A stretch of 64,000 bases of DNA from Eledone cirrhosa (lineage: Eukaryota): positions 62,434,001 to 62,498,000 of the forward strand of contig OZ024745.1 in NCBI GenBank assembly GCA_964016885.1, given 5' to 3'. A program made the translations under genes and the position numbers. Position 1 is the first letter of the stretch, and every line of letters starts with the position of its first letter. Below the pieces are notes generated by a model, which did no database searches, was not told where the DNA came from, and was given only the letters and a program-made list of their open reading frames with translations. Below, one piece after another: positions 42,122-55,509 of this stretch.

Positions 42122-42349
42122 GAAGGGTATAGAAAGTATTGTAGCAAGAACCCAAAAGTATTCCATAATATATAAGTGACTATAGCGTCAAAATGGGAAA
42201 ATAGTTAACGTATGATGTGGGAAAAATAATTCAAACTCAAATCAAAAAGAATTAGGATATAGATTTATCCAACAGAATTTAGTGAAATCCAGGGAAAAAT
42301 CAATAGAGCCTTAACTCATGATAAAATAAAGTTTAAAATACTCATCCTT

Positions 42350-42432
<83 letters not shown>

Positions 42433-42872
42433 AAAAAGTTTGTCCTCATCAGTGGCCATCCAACCGTCGTAGGCATTTCGTCGCATTAAAGGCCATATAC
42501 CTCAGGTTGGTGCGAGCAACGGCTAAAAAAAAGTCGTTGGGACACGTAAATAAAGGGGACGCTAGGGTAAACAAACAAAATGGTTTAAGCAGCAGAAAGA
42601 GAGGAAGAAGGAAACATGTCCCAGATTACTATGAATATAAATTCGGTGGAATCGTGAACGAGAGAATAAAGACCATTAAACCTGGTTGAAATGTGAGCAA
42701 GGAAGGAATTTCGCACAGGTCTAACGGGAGGAAGAATGGGTCTGGTCTGCGAATTCGGTAAACATAAGTTCTGTGAAGTCGCAGACGAGAGAGAGAGAGA
42801 AAAAAAATTCATCCCAGCTGGCCAAGTGCCCGCGAGAAAAGGATTGTGGACAGGTCAAACGGGAAGAATTGG

Positions 42873-42930
<58 letters not shown>

Positions 42931-43298
42931 TTTATTTCGAATATTAATAACATTCGATTCGTTTACAATTATGCAAACAAGCCTCAATTTTATAGCCATG
43001 TCAGTAGAATGAACCTTTCATATTAGAAAATCCACTGATCAGCCAGATTTGCATATCAGCAGACTGTCAGTCAGTTTCCTGTATACGAGCGAAAAATGGC
43101 TGGATTTGCCAAATTCAAATAAAAAAGAAAATGTTTGCTCTACATGGCTGAATACAAAAAATGTAATATGATCTGCGATTTTCAAATATTAATAATAACA
43201 TTGGATTCGGTTGCAATTTTGCAAACAAGCCTCAATTTTATAGCCATGTCAGTAGACTGAACCTTTCCTTCTTGCTCTTGTTTTGGCATGTGAACAGA

Positions 43299-43344
43299 AC
43301 TGCAGACACTAATGTTTCTGGGTATCACCCTTCATCAGTACAGC
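43299..43344 (-). ncRNA. Canonical type I hammerhead ribozyme in TA-flanked element ~42928-43548
   Basis: Minus strand: gctgta CTGATGA a-gggt-gat-accc-a GAAA ca-ttag-tg TC tgcagt; GUC cleavage triplet. Confidence 0.82.
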
Positions 43345-43543
43345 TCGCTGTTCACCTGCCAAACTGTCAGAGCTAGTGAAAATATATGCTATTTTCAAAA
43401 ATACACAGAGACTGATCGGCCTAATTTGCATATTAGCTGATTGGCTGATCGGTCAGATCTGCATATTAGTTGTGAAACAGGTAGAGCGATAAATTATTGC
43501 AAATGAACCTTCTTAAGGACTCCAATTGCATGTTCAACTTCTG

Positions 43544-43586
<43 letters not shown>

Positions 43587-43589
<3 letters not shown>

Positions 43590-45646
43590 TGGCGGACTGG
43601 GTCTAAAAATGTTGGTTGTCAGGATACGAAGGGGGCCCACCTACATATAGAATGCTATCATTTAATTTTTATAATGAATAAAAAGCATAAATATTAAGTA
43701 GAAAGAAAACGGTGCAATTAAATGTTCGCGGAAAAATATCTTACCTTCTACAATAAAAATATTATATATTTTGCGAAATCCAGAGACTTTCAATAATGAC
43801 CTTTGGTCTTTCACACTCATTACATAAATATAAAAAATATATAAGGTTGTTACCAAAGAACCAGAAGATTGACAAGTCGACCCTAAATATGACTAATAGC
43901 TCTAGCCATATATATATATATATATAAAATCTTTTCCTGAGTCCTGTATTTTCGTTGCTGTGGTAATGCGGCTGGACTGCCGATCGCTATATTTGATTTG
44001 CCAAGCTCTCTAAACGTATTGTTATTACTCTGGGGTACTATTCCCATTCGAGTGCTAAAGCTACATACCGAATTTGCATTCGTTAGCTTGGCCGCGAACT
44101 AAAGCTTCGTTAATGCTGTACTAAAATTTGTATATATATATATGGGAGTGCGTGTATATGTGTGCATGTAAATGTGTATATGTACTTGTGTGTGTGTGTG
44201 TCTATATAAGTATGTTTGCATGAATGAATACACTAAGCTTTAGATTTAGTAGAATGTACAACCACTGACCCCAGCTATTTGCACTATCATATATTTTGGT
44301 TTCTATTAATTCCCTGGGGAACCGGTTGTCCAAATGCTTTGTTTAATTTGTTTGTTTTTTTTATTAAAAAAAAAAGTATTATTCTTTCTCTTAGAATTCA
44401 GGTATTTTTTGAAAGCTATGTATTAGCCCCTAAAATACTACAGTGGGTCCCTTCAATGCTACTGTGGGCCCCTGAAATTCTAACGTGGGCCTCCTGGGGC
44501 CCACTTGCTATGGGCTATCTGGCCAGTCAACAACTGTATATATATATATATATATTTGTTCGTTAAGATAATCAAATTAAATTAATTCAACAGTTAAACA
44601 CACATGGGAATAATATGGCTGAATAATATGGCAGAAGATTGACAAGTCGACCCTTAATATGACTAATAGATTTAGGAAGGCCAAGTACGACAGCACATCT
44701 TTTTAACTTTGCTTTTGAAAGTAGGTTTATAATTATAAATGTTCGCTATACTCTTGTATCTGTCTAGGTGGCCTAGTTGGAGGAATCATAGACGGTGGTG
44801 ACCATGGACTGAAGTTCGATCCTCGTCAGGGCTAGGATTCCGGGTAAACCTTTTTCGTTCTTTTTCTATGGGATGTAAAATAAAAACTGAAATGATTATA
44901 TGCACCTCCCGACCAGAATTGAACCCAAGACCAGGATCTCCACCGTTTCTAGTATCTACCACTAGTCCACTGAGACAAATAAGAAAATCGGCTGAAAATT
45001 CATACTTATAAACCTACTTTCAAAATTTTCACTACAAAATGATGTGGTGTCGTTCATGTCTTTATTAATGTTATTGCTCCTACTTAAGGTCGACTTCTAA
45101 ATCATTTGGGTGTTCCATAAACTACATCCTCGTTTTATTTCTCATCTATCTAGACTATATTGTAAGCTGTAATCCATGTTTCATTTCCGTTGCACATCAT
45201 TTCTCCCGCTCCCGCCCTCTCTCTCTGTGATATTTGAATCTACTATGATTTGAGGTTACCTTATTCATATATAATATATGTTTTTGTCAGTTAGATCCAA
45301 ACTTACAAAGATTGGCATTATATAATATAATAAAAAATGGCGTAGACATTACAAAACAATGGGAGGAAACATAATAGTACACCTGATGATATATATATAT
45401 ATGCTTGTGTGTGTCTATATATGCTTGTGTGTGTGTGTCCAAATGCTTTGCTTAATTGTTTTATTTATTAAAAAGAAAATGTATTCTTTCTCTTAGACTT
45501 CGGGTGTTTTTTTAAAGCAAAGCATTGGCCCCTAAAATACTACAGTGGGCCCTGAAATGCTACTGTGGGCTCCTGCAATGCTACCGTGGGTCCCCTGGGG
45601 CCGACGTACCACTGCGCAATGTGGAAACGGGGCCAGTCTGCCACTG
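43587..45646. mobile_element. Non-autonomous TIR DNA transposon (MITE-like), composite with a duplicated right end
   Basis: TIR CAGTGGCGGACTGG (43587) / CCAGTCTGCCACTG (45633-45646) in (TA)n; second degenerate right end at 44521-44536; 44330-44500 resembles 45437-45600. Confidence 0.65.
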
Positions 45647-45659
45647 TATATATATACGA

Positions 45660-45940
45660 TATTACCAAATGGAAACTATATTTATTAAACTATATTTATT
45701 GATTATACATATTTCAAGGACACCAAGTTAAATTATGGTGTGCTTTCATCAGATAAAATATAATATAGATCAGTTTTATAAATAAATATTGACATACCCT
45801 TAAAGAATGCAACCATTGCTGTTGGAAGCTCCCGGATAGTGGAGTTGTAGCTTTAATTATATTATTAGTATTGGATATTTTTATTTTTAAAATAAGCCGT
45901 TGGGTTACGGAGAAAAAGAAAGATAAAGAAGGAGAGAAAA

Positions 45941-45971
<31 letters not shown>

Positions 45972-45985
45972 CCAGAACAATAGAG

Positions 45986-46077
<92 letters not shown>

Positions 46078-47250
46078 CAGAGAAAAGGGGAGAGAACGAA
46101 AAACTCTAAGTCATATCTTGTTGAGTTAACTTAACAATTGAGATGAAATGAATAAATAAAATTAGAAATGTTAATAATCATGAATGGAATATACATATAT
46201 ACTATGAGAAATTTAACCATTGTTTAAATATGATTAGATGTTTAGTTAATCATTTAAATATTGAGATCAATATATTAAAAATTGGTATCTATATATTAAG
46301 AAATCCATATATTATTAAAGATCTATATATTATATAACACGTATACACACGCAAAAAATACATACATATAAATATATATACACACTTATGAAATACATAT
46401 ACATATCTAATTACGTATATAATATATACACACAAAACAAAGGATTCTTTAATTTAATTTAAGATATATGAATGTTATAAAATGTTATAATTGTTAAGAT
46501 ATTAAAGGAAATTTTGTTATACATACTTTATGTTATTAAACAAAATTTCTTTTATATAAGTTTTATAAGATTACCTGTTATGTATTTATGGCTGTTATTA
46601 TATGTCTATCTGTCACGAATCTTGGGATTATCACTATACATAAGTGCAATCGAATTGTATGGATATACACGCACATGTACATACACAATTCCCACATATA
46701 CATTCATATATGTACCCTCAACCAATAGGTAGATACGCATCACGTATACATATACATACAGATAGATATATACGCATAAAAACGCATAAAACATTTGTAC
46801 ATGTATGTCAATACACACATATACATATATAAACACATATAGAGAAAAGTATATATAAATACAGTACATAGTATAATTGAGTACATAAAATACAAAAGAA
46901 TTATATTACAATTTGGAAATATAATTATAAGCAATATAACTTTAAAAACAATATAATTTTAAAATATTATAGAATATTTTAAGTTATAATTTCTAAATAA
47001 TAGTATGTTTAATAGATTTAGTATAGAAATTTTTTACGTATATTTAACTTAAACTTTGAAAGGATAAACTTTCGAAAATAGGAGAAGCTATCAAACAATA
47101 AAAAAAATAAAAATAAAATAAAAATAAAAAATAAGAAATATTTTCTCCTTTCAAGAGCTCTCAATATATTTCTCGAGAATAGATTATATTTATTATATTT
47201 ATTTATATTTAGGAAGAAAAATTATTTTTACTTGAGTGTATAATCAGTCA
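45660..47250 (-). mobile_element. PLE 3' UTR/pLTR remnant with HHR (45702-45756)
   Basis: Minus strand: CTGATGA aagcacacca...tggtgtcctt GAAA tatgta TA; terminus similar to 19860-19950; upstream extent uncertain. Confidence 0.6.
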
Positions 47251-47259
47251 AAAAAGATT

Positions 47260-47640
47260 AACCCACTCGATATGCAAATTGGCCTACTCACCGTTAATGT
47301 GCATAAGGTAAGTATATACGTTCAACAATCTGGCAGGAAGGTATACGTTGCTGACGATAGCTAATAGGCTTGAAACTAGTGCAGCGTTCATGTGTCAGTG
47401 TTGAACAAACGAGCAACGATGGTTGCTGGACACTACGGCTTAATACGGGATGTTTGTTTACAAACACACCGAGCATTATAATAAAGGTTCGGTGAATCCA
47501 TACGTACATATATATATGTGTGCATGTATGTATATATATATACATACTACTGTGCGTCTGTATACATATATGTATGTACGTGTACATACTTATATTTAAG
47601 TAACAGCTGTACTAATTTCGTTTCATTTTTTCCGTTTATA
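47260..47640 (+). mobile_element. Family B pLTR copy with HHR motif (47346-47386)
   Basis: cgttg CTGACGA tagct-aat-aggctt GAAA ctag T gcagcg; homologous to 19420-19770. Confidence 0.7.
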
Positions 47641-47657
47641 CATATATATATATATAT

Positions 47658-47848
47658 AACAAAGGAAATGTGGTAAGGAACCAGATGGACGATAATGCAC
47701 CAGAGTACTCAATACTTAGGGTATTAGAGTGGGAAATGGGAAAAAGTATAACCTCGACGACAGAGATCAAGCCGTTTGGACGGCTATTTCTAGACTCAGA
47801 AATAGCCGTCCAAACGGCTTGAGCTCTGCCGTCGGGGTCATACTCTTT

Positions 47849-47851
<3 letters not shown>
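47658..47851 (-). mobile_element. Family A fold-back mini-element copy 4
   Basis: Same tail and hairpin core GACGGCTATTTC..GAAATAGCCGTC. Confidence 0.8.
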
Positions 47852-47889
<38 letters not shown>

Positions 47890-47893
<4 letters not shown>

Positions 47894-48620
47894 CTTACAC
47901 GAACAGAAAGGCTACCTAAGTATTCAAGGTCTAATATTGGACATCCTTCCAAGTTAGGCGCTTAGAGGAGTTTGAAAATAACCCTGATATATAGGGAAAT
48001 AATGTAAATTATGTAAATTTGAAATGGTAACAAAGATGTACAAATGTTTGAACACTATAGCAGCTATATAGTATTATGTGTGGCTATGAATATCGTTGAG
48101 TATTATAGAAGTTGTATCGTATTTAGAAAATGTGGAATAACGTAATTAATAAAGTATTAATAAAGTATTAATAAACAAGGAATTGGAGTTTGCGATATAC
48201 AAATAATTATTGGTCACAGAGGACAAGGATTGTAGTATGCTAAATGTTTCAGTAAGACAGCATCTCTTCGTACAATTGGTATGGATTTTTAACATTTGAT
48301 GAACATTCCAAATAATCTTCTGTGGGCCTCCTTTCTCCTTTAATTGCCAGTACCGGGAAGGCTCTCATATCAGGATTCCTGAAGGTGTGTGGATGCGAGG
48401 AAAGACGTTGCTTAAAACAATCTTGCACCATTTCACATTTTCAGAATTGCCTGTGGTGCTGTATTTTATGTCTGCCTCATACATAATTGATCTGTTGTAA
48501 CATTTCTGTTGGAGTAGACAGTTATATTTAATACTACAAGAGCCAGTGGATTTATGTCGGCATTTATCTTGCAGTAATATTTGATCAAGAAGGGCCGCGG
48601 GAATATCTCGACGAAATTGC
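47890..48620 (-). mobile_element. Degenerate PLE endonuclease and 3' fragment (second lineage)
   Basis: CSIKYNCLLQQKCYNRSIMYEADI; FKQRLSSH..TF; QLYEE. Confidence 0.6.
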
Positions 48621-49804
48621 GCCTTGAAACCTTAAATAGTGATTTTGTTCCGTGTATGAATATAAATAAATAAAGTATGACCTCTCATACATGATTGAGC
48701 CCTGTATTTCTTTTCATTTTCACAGCAACCAATATTTTACTACACACACATACGCACACACACATATATATAATATATATTTATATGTATGTATGCGTGT
48801 GTATATGTGTGAGTGCGTGTGTGTGTATATATACATATATATACTTTAACGTGCGTTCATATGATTTTGGAAACACCATTGAGATATTTTGGATCTGAAC
48901 AAAAAACTTTATAACAAATCATTCACTATCCTACCAATATTTTGTTTGTTTTACTGTATACTACTTTTCTATGTAGTTCTAATATTATTTATTTGCACTA
49001 TTAAATATTCATATATGTACAGAATGCGGCGGTGTTACGTAAAACGTCACTTCATTCACATACAATCTCCTGATAAAATATTTCCTCATTTTATTATCAG
49101 CTTTCTACTTCAACTTCAAATCACTCAGGGCGATTTGATTGTAATATCGATATTAATCTTGAAGTTTTTAACTAATCAGCCATTGGAATGCTTCAAGACA
49201 TAGCATATGGACAGCAGCATAAGTCATCGATATTTCACCTGAAATGGTCAGAAATAACAAATATATTATTTTCAATTGATATACTTTTAAGCACTTCAAC
49301 AGACATTTAGTTTACTACTAGTGTTGCTCTGCATCAGATGTAACCAATATGCTGCTGACATATGTAAATGTAACATATAAGTATATCATCGTTTAGAAAA
49401 TAGTATTATAAACATGGAAATACATTCCACTTCCACGAGAAATATGTATTCATGCATGTGTTTCCTTTTCGGAATTCAAAAATCTCTTGCTTTTTCTTTT
49501 GAACTATCTGTCTATATAGAAATATACACGCACAATCACACACTCATACACGAATATTTATGTTTATAGGCATCGTAATTCGATATATATATATATATGT
49601 ATATATATATTTACTTTTCTCACTAGTCAGTTCTTTCGTTGCTACAGATCACGCGGCTGAATTAGCGGGTCGCTATTTTCAATTTGCAAAGCCCTTTAAA
49701 CTGTATGTTATTACTCTGAGGTCTATTCCTCGTCGAGTGCTTGGCTGCACTGCTGAAGCCATTCGTTGGCTTAGCTGCTGATCGAACTTCGAATATGATG
49801 TACT

Positions 49805-49837
<33 letters not shown>

Positions 49838-49899
49838 AATTAAGATGCCTCTAAATTATATATACATGATTTATATATATATATATATCATTTATTATA

Positions 49900-49958
<59 letters not shown>

Positions 49959-51280
49959 ATATAGAGAGAGATAAAAGGAAAAATCAGTGATGCATCTGAA
50001 CTCAATTTATTGTGTGTTACAATTGTTTCGCCGGCGGGCAGCTCGAGACGCGATCATTGTGTGGATCTGTCTGATTCTGGACCCGCAGGTTCGAAGAACA
50101 CGTCTAATGATTTCGGAGCATATTCTCTTACTGGCGTATCTGATCCTCTGGGCTAGTACCGTCAACAAGTGCATCCTCTTCGCGCGTCTTGTGATTGGCC
50201 GTTGATTGTTGACGTCATAATAATTCTGACCACAGGTACCAGTCCAGGGCGTTAGCTGTCCCATGTCTGCTACACTTCAATAAATTACTGCTGTGTTTGG
50301 TTGTTCATTGTTCACACATCCACTCGCGGGCGCACACACACATACACACAAGCACAGAGATATTGACAGTCGTACGCATAGACACCCGCTATACACACAC
50401 ACACACACATTTAAGGAGAACATATAAACATATAAACATACGCATACATGCATCCAGATGGGCACGTACACACACGGACACATGCCCACATGCCTACATA
50501 CACACACACATTCATGTGCATACACACGCACAGACGTATATATAACCGTACACACAAACACGTACAGACATATACATAGACCCACCTCGGCTCCACCCAC
50601 GCACACACATATACACGTACCCATATACATATATACACACACATACATACACTCGCTCGCAAACGCACATATATACACACAAACAAGCCCTTTCCCTACA
50701 CGTGTGCTTGTATATACATACACACACACTGGCTCATATACACTCTTACAAATATGCGCATATTCACATACACACCCGCGCATGCAGAAAAGAAAAAATA
50801 TATATATACACATAAAAAGAATATACACACAATGTCATATAAAGATACACAATAGGTCATACATGAAAGGATATACATACACAATGGGTCATACATGAAA
50901 TGATTATATATATATAAATTCAAAACAACAAACAGCGGAGGACGCGTTTCGCACCTTTCCGACAGACAACCTTTCCCCCACCCCGGAAAACCCCCCAGTT
51001 GATGGATGTGAATCCGAAATATATAGGGACAATTAAATCTCTCCCAAGGTAACTCTTTCTCGTGTTGTTATTTTTATTTTATCCTTTATACTCTTTCCTT
51101 CATTCTTCTACACGTCTTATACACGCCACGCATCTCAACGTACACCCACTTACATCTCTCTCTCCACCACCGGATCTTGTTACCCAGAGATGTACTCATT
51201 TGGATTGTCGAGGCTTCCAAACGACTTAACGATATTTACCTATTATTCCACAATGCTTCAAGCAAACTTCAATACTCTCC

Positions 51281-51313
<33 letters not shown>

Positions 51314-51489
51314 TTTTTCTGGGGCTGGCTGGATTTGTTGGGATTGTAACCATCACTTTTGTGTTACAATTTCTGGGCGTTATATTTTGGTCAAAGGGTT
51401 GCAGTCTTGTTGGTGTTTATATTGATATTGTTATATATGTCATTACAGTCTTGTTGGTGTTTATATTGATATTGTTATATATGTCATTA

Positions 51490-52040
51490 CTGTTATCTAA
51501 TGAAAACAAAGCAGAGCCAGGCAAGAGAACCATGGTGGAAATCGCATTGAAAATGAGATAAAGCGGTTAAGGCAAGATCTAAGTAGAATAGACCAAATGT
51601 TTTTAGGGAAATGTAAAAAACGGAAAAAAGATCGGTAGAGAGACATTAGACAAGAAGTAGCATATAGGGAGGAATGGATTCTATACAGTAACGGAAGAAT
51701 TAAATCAGGATTTTATCGAAAACCCTGAATCAAGAAGATGTGTGAACAGAACTAAGCAGTTTGAGTAGAATAGATTATTCCAAAATATTCTTCCCTGCCT
51801 TGGAAATAGATAATAAGAACGATGTTGTTCTTAATGGTGATCAGGCCAAGGAATACTGGAATGTGATATGTGGAAACACTCTGATTTATAGAAGGGATAC
51901 TGAGTGAATAAACAGTGATCCGAAACGGAAATCATCAAATATACATTACCATTAAAGATAAAGTCGTCAAGGTACCAAACTGGAAACTTCTCGGTCTATT
52001 TGGGATCCATATTGTTAGAGAGATACAATGCGGTAAATGA
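51490..52040 (+). mobile_element. Degenerate R4/Dong-like non-LTR retrotransposon fragment
   Basis: PWW..RIENEIKRLRQDLSRI; EYW..I; KVPNWK..G pre-RT motifs with many frameshifts. Confidence 0.5.
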
Positions 52041-52912
52041 AAGACTGACAACTCAATTGAATGTGCCCAGGCACATGAATCGACCTACAGTAATTGATAT
52101 ATCTTTGTGTCTCGTATTTAGTACTCCTAAAAGTTTTGCCAAAATATGTCTTTTTAAGCATATATTACATACATACCTACAAACTTATCTAACCACATAC
52201 ACACGCACACACTTCCACCCACACATTCAATATCTCATAGACATGTATATTTTATGAATATATTAATTATATGAAGGAATATTTCATGGACTACAGAAAA
52301 AAATTGTATTTGAAAATATGTAGTGTAAATTTAAACATGAATTATTTTACGATATATTCCTTTCATCTTTGACTAACGCTGCTTTCTATTGTCACTATTT
52401 TTATCAAGCTGTCACATTTGATTTCAATTTCTTTACATGTTGTTACGAAGAATATTGACGGTTAATTAATTGTTTTTCAGGTACTATGTCATCTTTTATA
52501 AATGCTCTCTTTATTTTTTCCGAGATATTTCGAAATATATTTCTTCCATAGGTTTTTATTCAAATACTACAATAATTTTCTTACCGTTCTTGCGTTAGTT
52601 TGTGTACTATGTATTCAGAGGAAAATAGAATGAAATCGAATCAATTTCTAACATCTATAATAGAATGCCAGTCTCGAGTATATTTAATTTAAAACATATA
52701 AAATATCAAAATATAATATCAAATTAGAATATATTTCCAAATATAATGTATGAAAAATACCTTTTGTCCTGAATTGTAAATTATTTGTATTTCCTTTGAC
52801 TTTAATTTACATGAATCCGGATGCCTTACAGGATAGAGAAATTTTGATTAATTACTGTGCTACTTTCTATTTATCACTTATACAGTTCATAGTATGATTA
52901 ATTGAGATAGTA

Positions 52913-53048
52913 ATAACTGTTTCTACTGTTGGCACAAGGCCAGCAATTAGCCAGTACATTACTGGTACTTTATTTTATCGACCCCGTAAGGATGAAAGGC
53001 AAAGTTAACCTCAGCGGGATTAGAACCCAGAATGATAAGGGCCGTAAT
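52913..53048 (-). mobile_element. 5'-truncated SINE
   Basis: CTGGTACTTTATTTTATCGACCCCGTAAGGATGAAAGGC. Confidence 0.85.
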
Positions 53049-53049
53049 T

Positions 53050-53925
53050 GAGTGCAAAAGTGGGCAACCGAATTTAGGAGGGGAAAGGTGACTCAAAATT
53101 TGGACGTCCTGCACCTATTACCACAGGAAAACATTGATCGACTTCACCAAATGGTAATGGATGGCTGGTGATTGAATATGAATCAAATAGACAATGCTAT
53201 TACAATATCCGGTGAGAGAGTCGAGAATATTGTGTACAATGAACTCTGCAAGACGAAGGTTGCTGTTCGTTGGGTGCAACTCTTCCGAGACAGGACCAAA
53301 GGCGCACCACGGGAAAATCTGACATAGTTTGCGGCAGATCGAGTTGGTTTCTTTGAAAGTTTCCTAAGCGAGGATGAGTGTAGCATTTATAAATTTGAGC
53401 CGAAGGCAAAGACAATCCTTGCAGTGGAAACGTCCCCTCCTCACCTGTTTCAGAGATGTCTATGGTCATTTCATATACAGGGATTGTGATGGCTTCAGAT
53501 TTTTGGGATGCATGTGAAATTGTTTTTATTGGCTATCTTCATAAGGAGCACACCATCTATGGATAGTTCTATGCTAACTTGCTGAGGCAGTTAAGAAAGC
53601 TACCATGACACACGCTCTGGAAAACAGACGAAGGGGGTCTTGTTCCATCAGAAAAAAATATTCCTACACAGATGTCCATGGATTCAATAATTGCTATGTG
53701 TGACTGTCGCTTTGAACTGGTTGATCGCACTCCCTATTCTCCTGATATGTCCCCATCGGACTATCATATATTTCCCAACATAAAAATCACTTTGATGGAA
53801 CCATTGTTGCAGTGATGATAACGCTATATCTACTATTGATGTTTTTGACCAACAGGATGAACGCTTTCTCACCAATGGGATCCAACGACGGCAACACCGA
53901 CGACAATATATCTAGGAAGTAAGTG
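53050..53925 (+). pseudogene. Mariner (DD34D) transposase relic
   Basis: ERVENIVYNELCKTKVAVRWV (WVP-like), DE....FEP, PYSPDMSPSDYHIF (YSPDLAPSD-like). Confidence 0.8.
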
Positions 53926-54129
53926 AAGAAATTATCACAGATAGAAATTATCAAAGATAGAAATAATCTCAGGGTGGATGATGAAAACAGAGTCAATAAT
54001 TATAATGATAGGGCTCTGGCAATGACAAAAAAACAAGCAGATAGATACATGACGAAATCCCCAGGACTTCCAAATATATACACATACAAAAGATAACACT
54101 ATTAGGCACATCCCACATATTACGAGCCC

Positions 54130-54280
54130 CTGTATGTACACACTAGAAGAGAGAGACCGAGATTGACATATGTTCACGTCCTAAGGACAGAAATTGTCTC
54201 TTGGAGACGCACTATATGGCAGCGATGATGAGGGACAGAGAACTCGTCCATGGATCTCTGGAATTTTACCCGCTCTAGCT
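54130..54280 (+). mobile_element. RTE-like LINE 3' fragment (copy of the 8772 family)
   Basis: RRERPRLTYV.. and the shared GAACTCGTCCATGGATCTC.GGAATTTTACCCGC terminus. Confidence 0.65.
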
Positions 54281-54314
54281 ATATACATACCTACATACAG
54301 ACACACGCACGCAT

Positions 54315-54377
<63 letters not shown>

Positions 54378-54415
54378 GAGAGAGAGAGGGAGAGATTTAT
54401 AGATAGATAGATAGA

Positions 54416-55282
54416 TAAATTTCTTTATTATCCACAAAGGCACAAAAGAAGGGGACAAATACAAATGGGGAGTTTACATACAGGTATATGAAAATAAAAC
54501 TATTAATAAAATAACAAATATCATTTGAAATCCCCAATAGGAGGGAGGTGTTTACACAGGGTTTGTACACAACCCGAAAAAATGTACAACCCTCATCTCC
54601 AGGAGCACCAAGAGTGAGTACTCCCTTCCTCTCTTCCTCTTTTTCCTCAACCTACAGGCTTATATAGAGGAAGGCCCAACCACTCGGGGCATCTTTGCCA
54701 CATTCACCCACCTTTTACAAAATTTGCTGGGGTACAGCACCCCTCTCTCCACCCTGATTCTTCTTCCAAAATGATATTTGAAAAAACGAATCAGTTGCTA
54801 GCCGGAGAGAAAGGTGTCTGACCTCAGCCCTTTTAACCTCGTCCACCATATAACCTCTTTCACCATAGCCATAACACATAGGAAAACCGCCTCTCCCTCG
54901 TTTTTGTAGGAGGGTGGCAGTTTGATCATGGCAATGGACTCTGTGGTCAACTGGATTGGTCCCACCCGCGACAATAGTCGTTCTACATAGCCCCACAGGT
55001 CGGTAATGCCCAGGCAGTGTACAAATGCGTGAGCCACGGTTTCCTCATCACGCACGCATCTCGGACAGATCTTTTTCGAAGGGTCTCTGCCTGGGCGCCC
55101 GTGTCTGTAGAGCTTGTCTCGAACTGGTAGTGCTCCTCGGTAGCACTGCCTGGCCAAGGACTTTTGGAAGTTGTCCATTGGTCTCGGGCGGAAGGTCCTA
55201 CCGAACAGACTGGCCAGTTCGTCCTCCTCTACGCCTAGAGTTTCTCCGAGCGCGTCGTCGCACTTGCTGCGGACCAACCCTA
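54416..55282 (-). mobile_element. 5'-truncated older L1/Tx1-type LINE (C-terminal Zn-finger region plus 3' UTR)
   Basis: MDNFQKSLARQCYRGALPVRDKLYRHGRPGRDPSKKICPRC..EETVAHAFVHC; ends TGGATAATAAAGAAAT followed by (TATC)n. Confidence 0.9.
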
Positions 55283-55509
55283 TAGATAGATAGATTTCTT
55301 TATTTACCATAAAGGCATAAAAAGAAGGGACAAATACAAAGGGGAAGTTTACATATAATCGAGTAAAAAGGGTGTAACATGAAAATAATCGAAAATAACC
55401 TCAAAAGGGAGGGGACGTGATGGGGGTTGCACACACCCCCGAAAAAGTGTGCAATCCTTTGCCCGGGGAGCACATGGAGAAGGTGCTCCCCTCTCCTTTA
55501 CTTCTTTAC

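Noticed and set aside
42436-42475. Minus-strand CTGATGAGGAC as a hammerhead
   Set aside because: No GAAA or stem III downstream before the (TA)n; truncated at best
50020-50045. Minus-strand GAAACAATTGTA hammerhead half
   Set aside because: Could not locate a matching CTGANGA core; not counted
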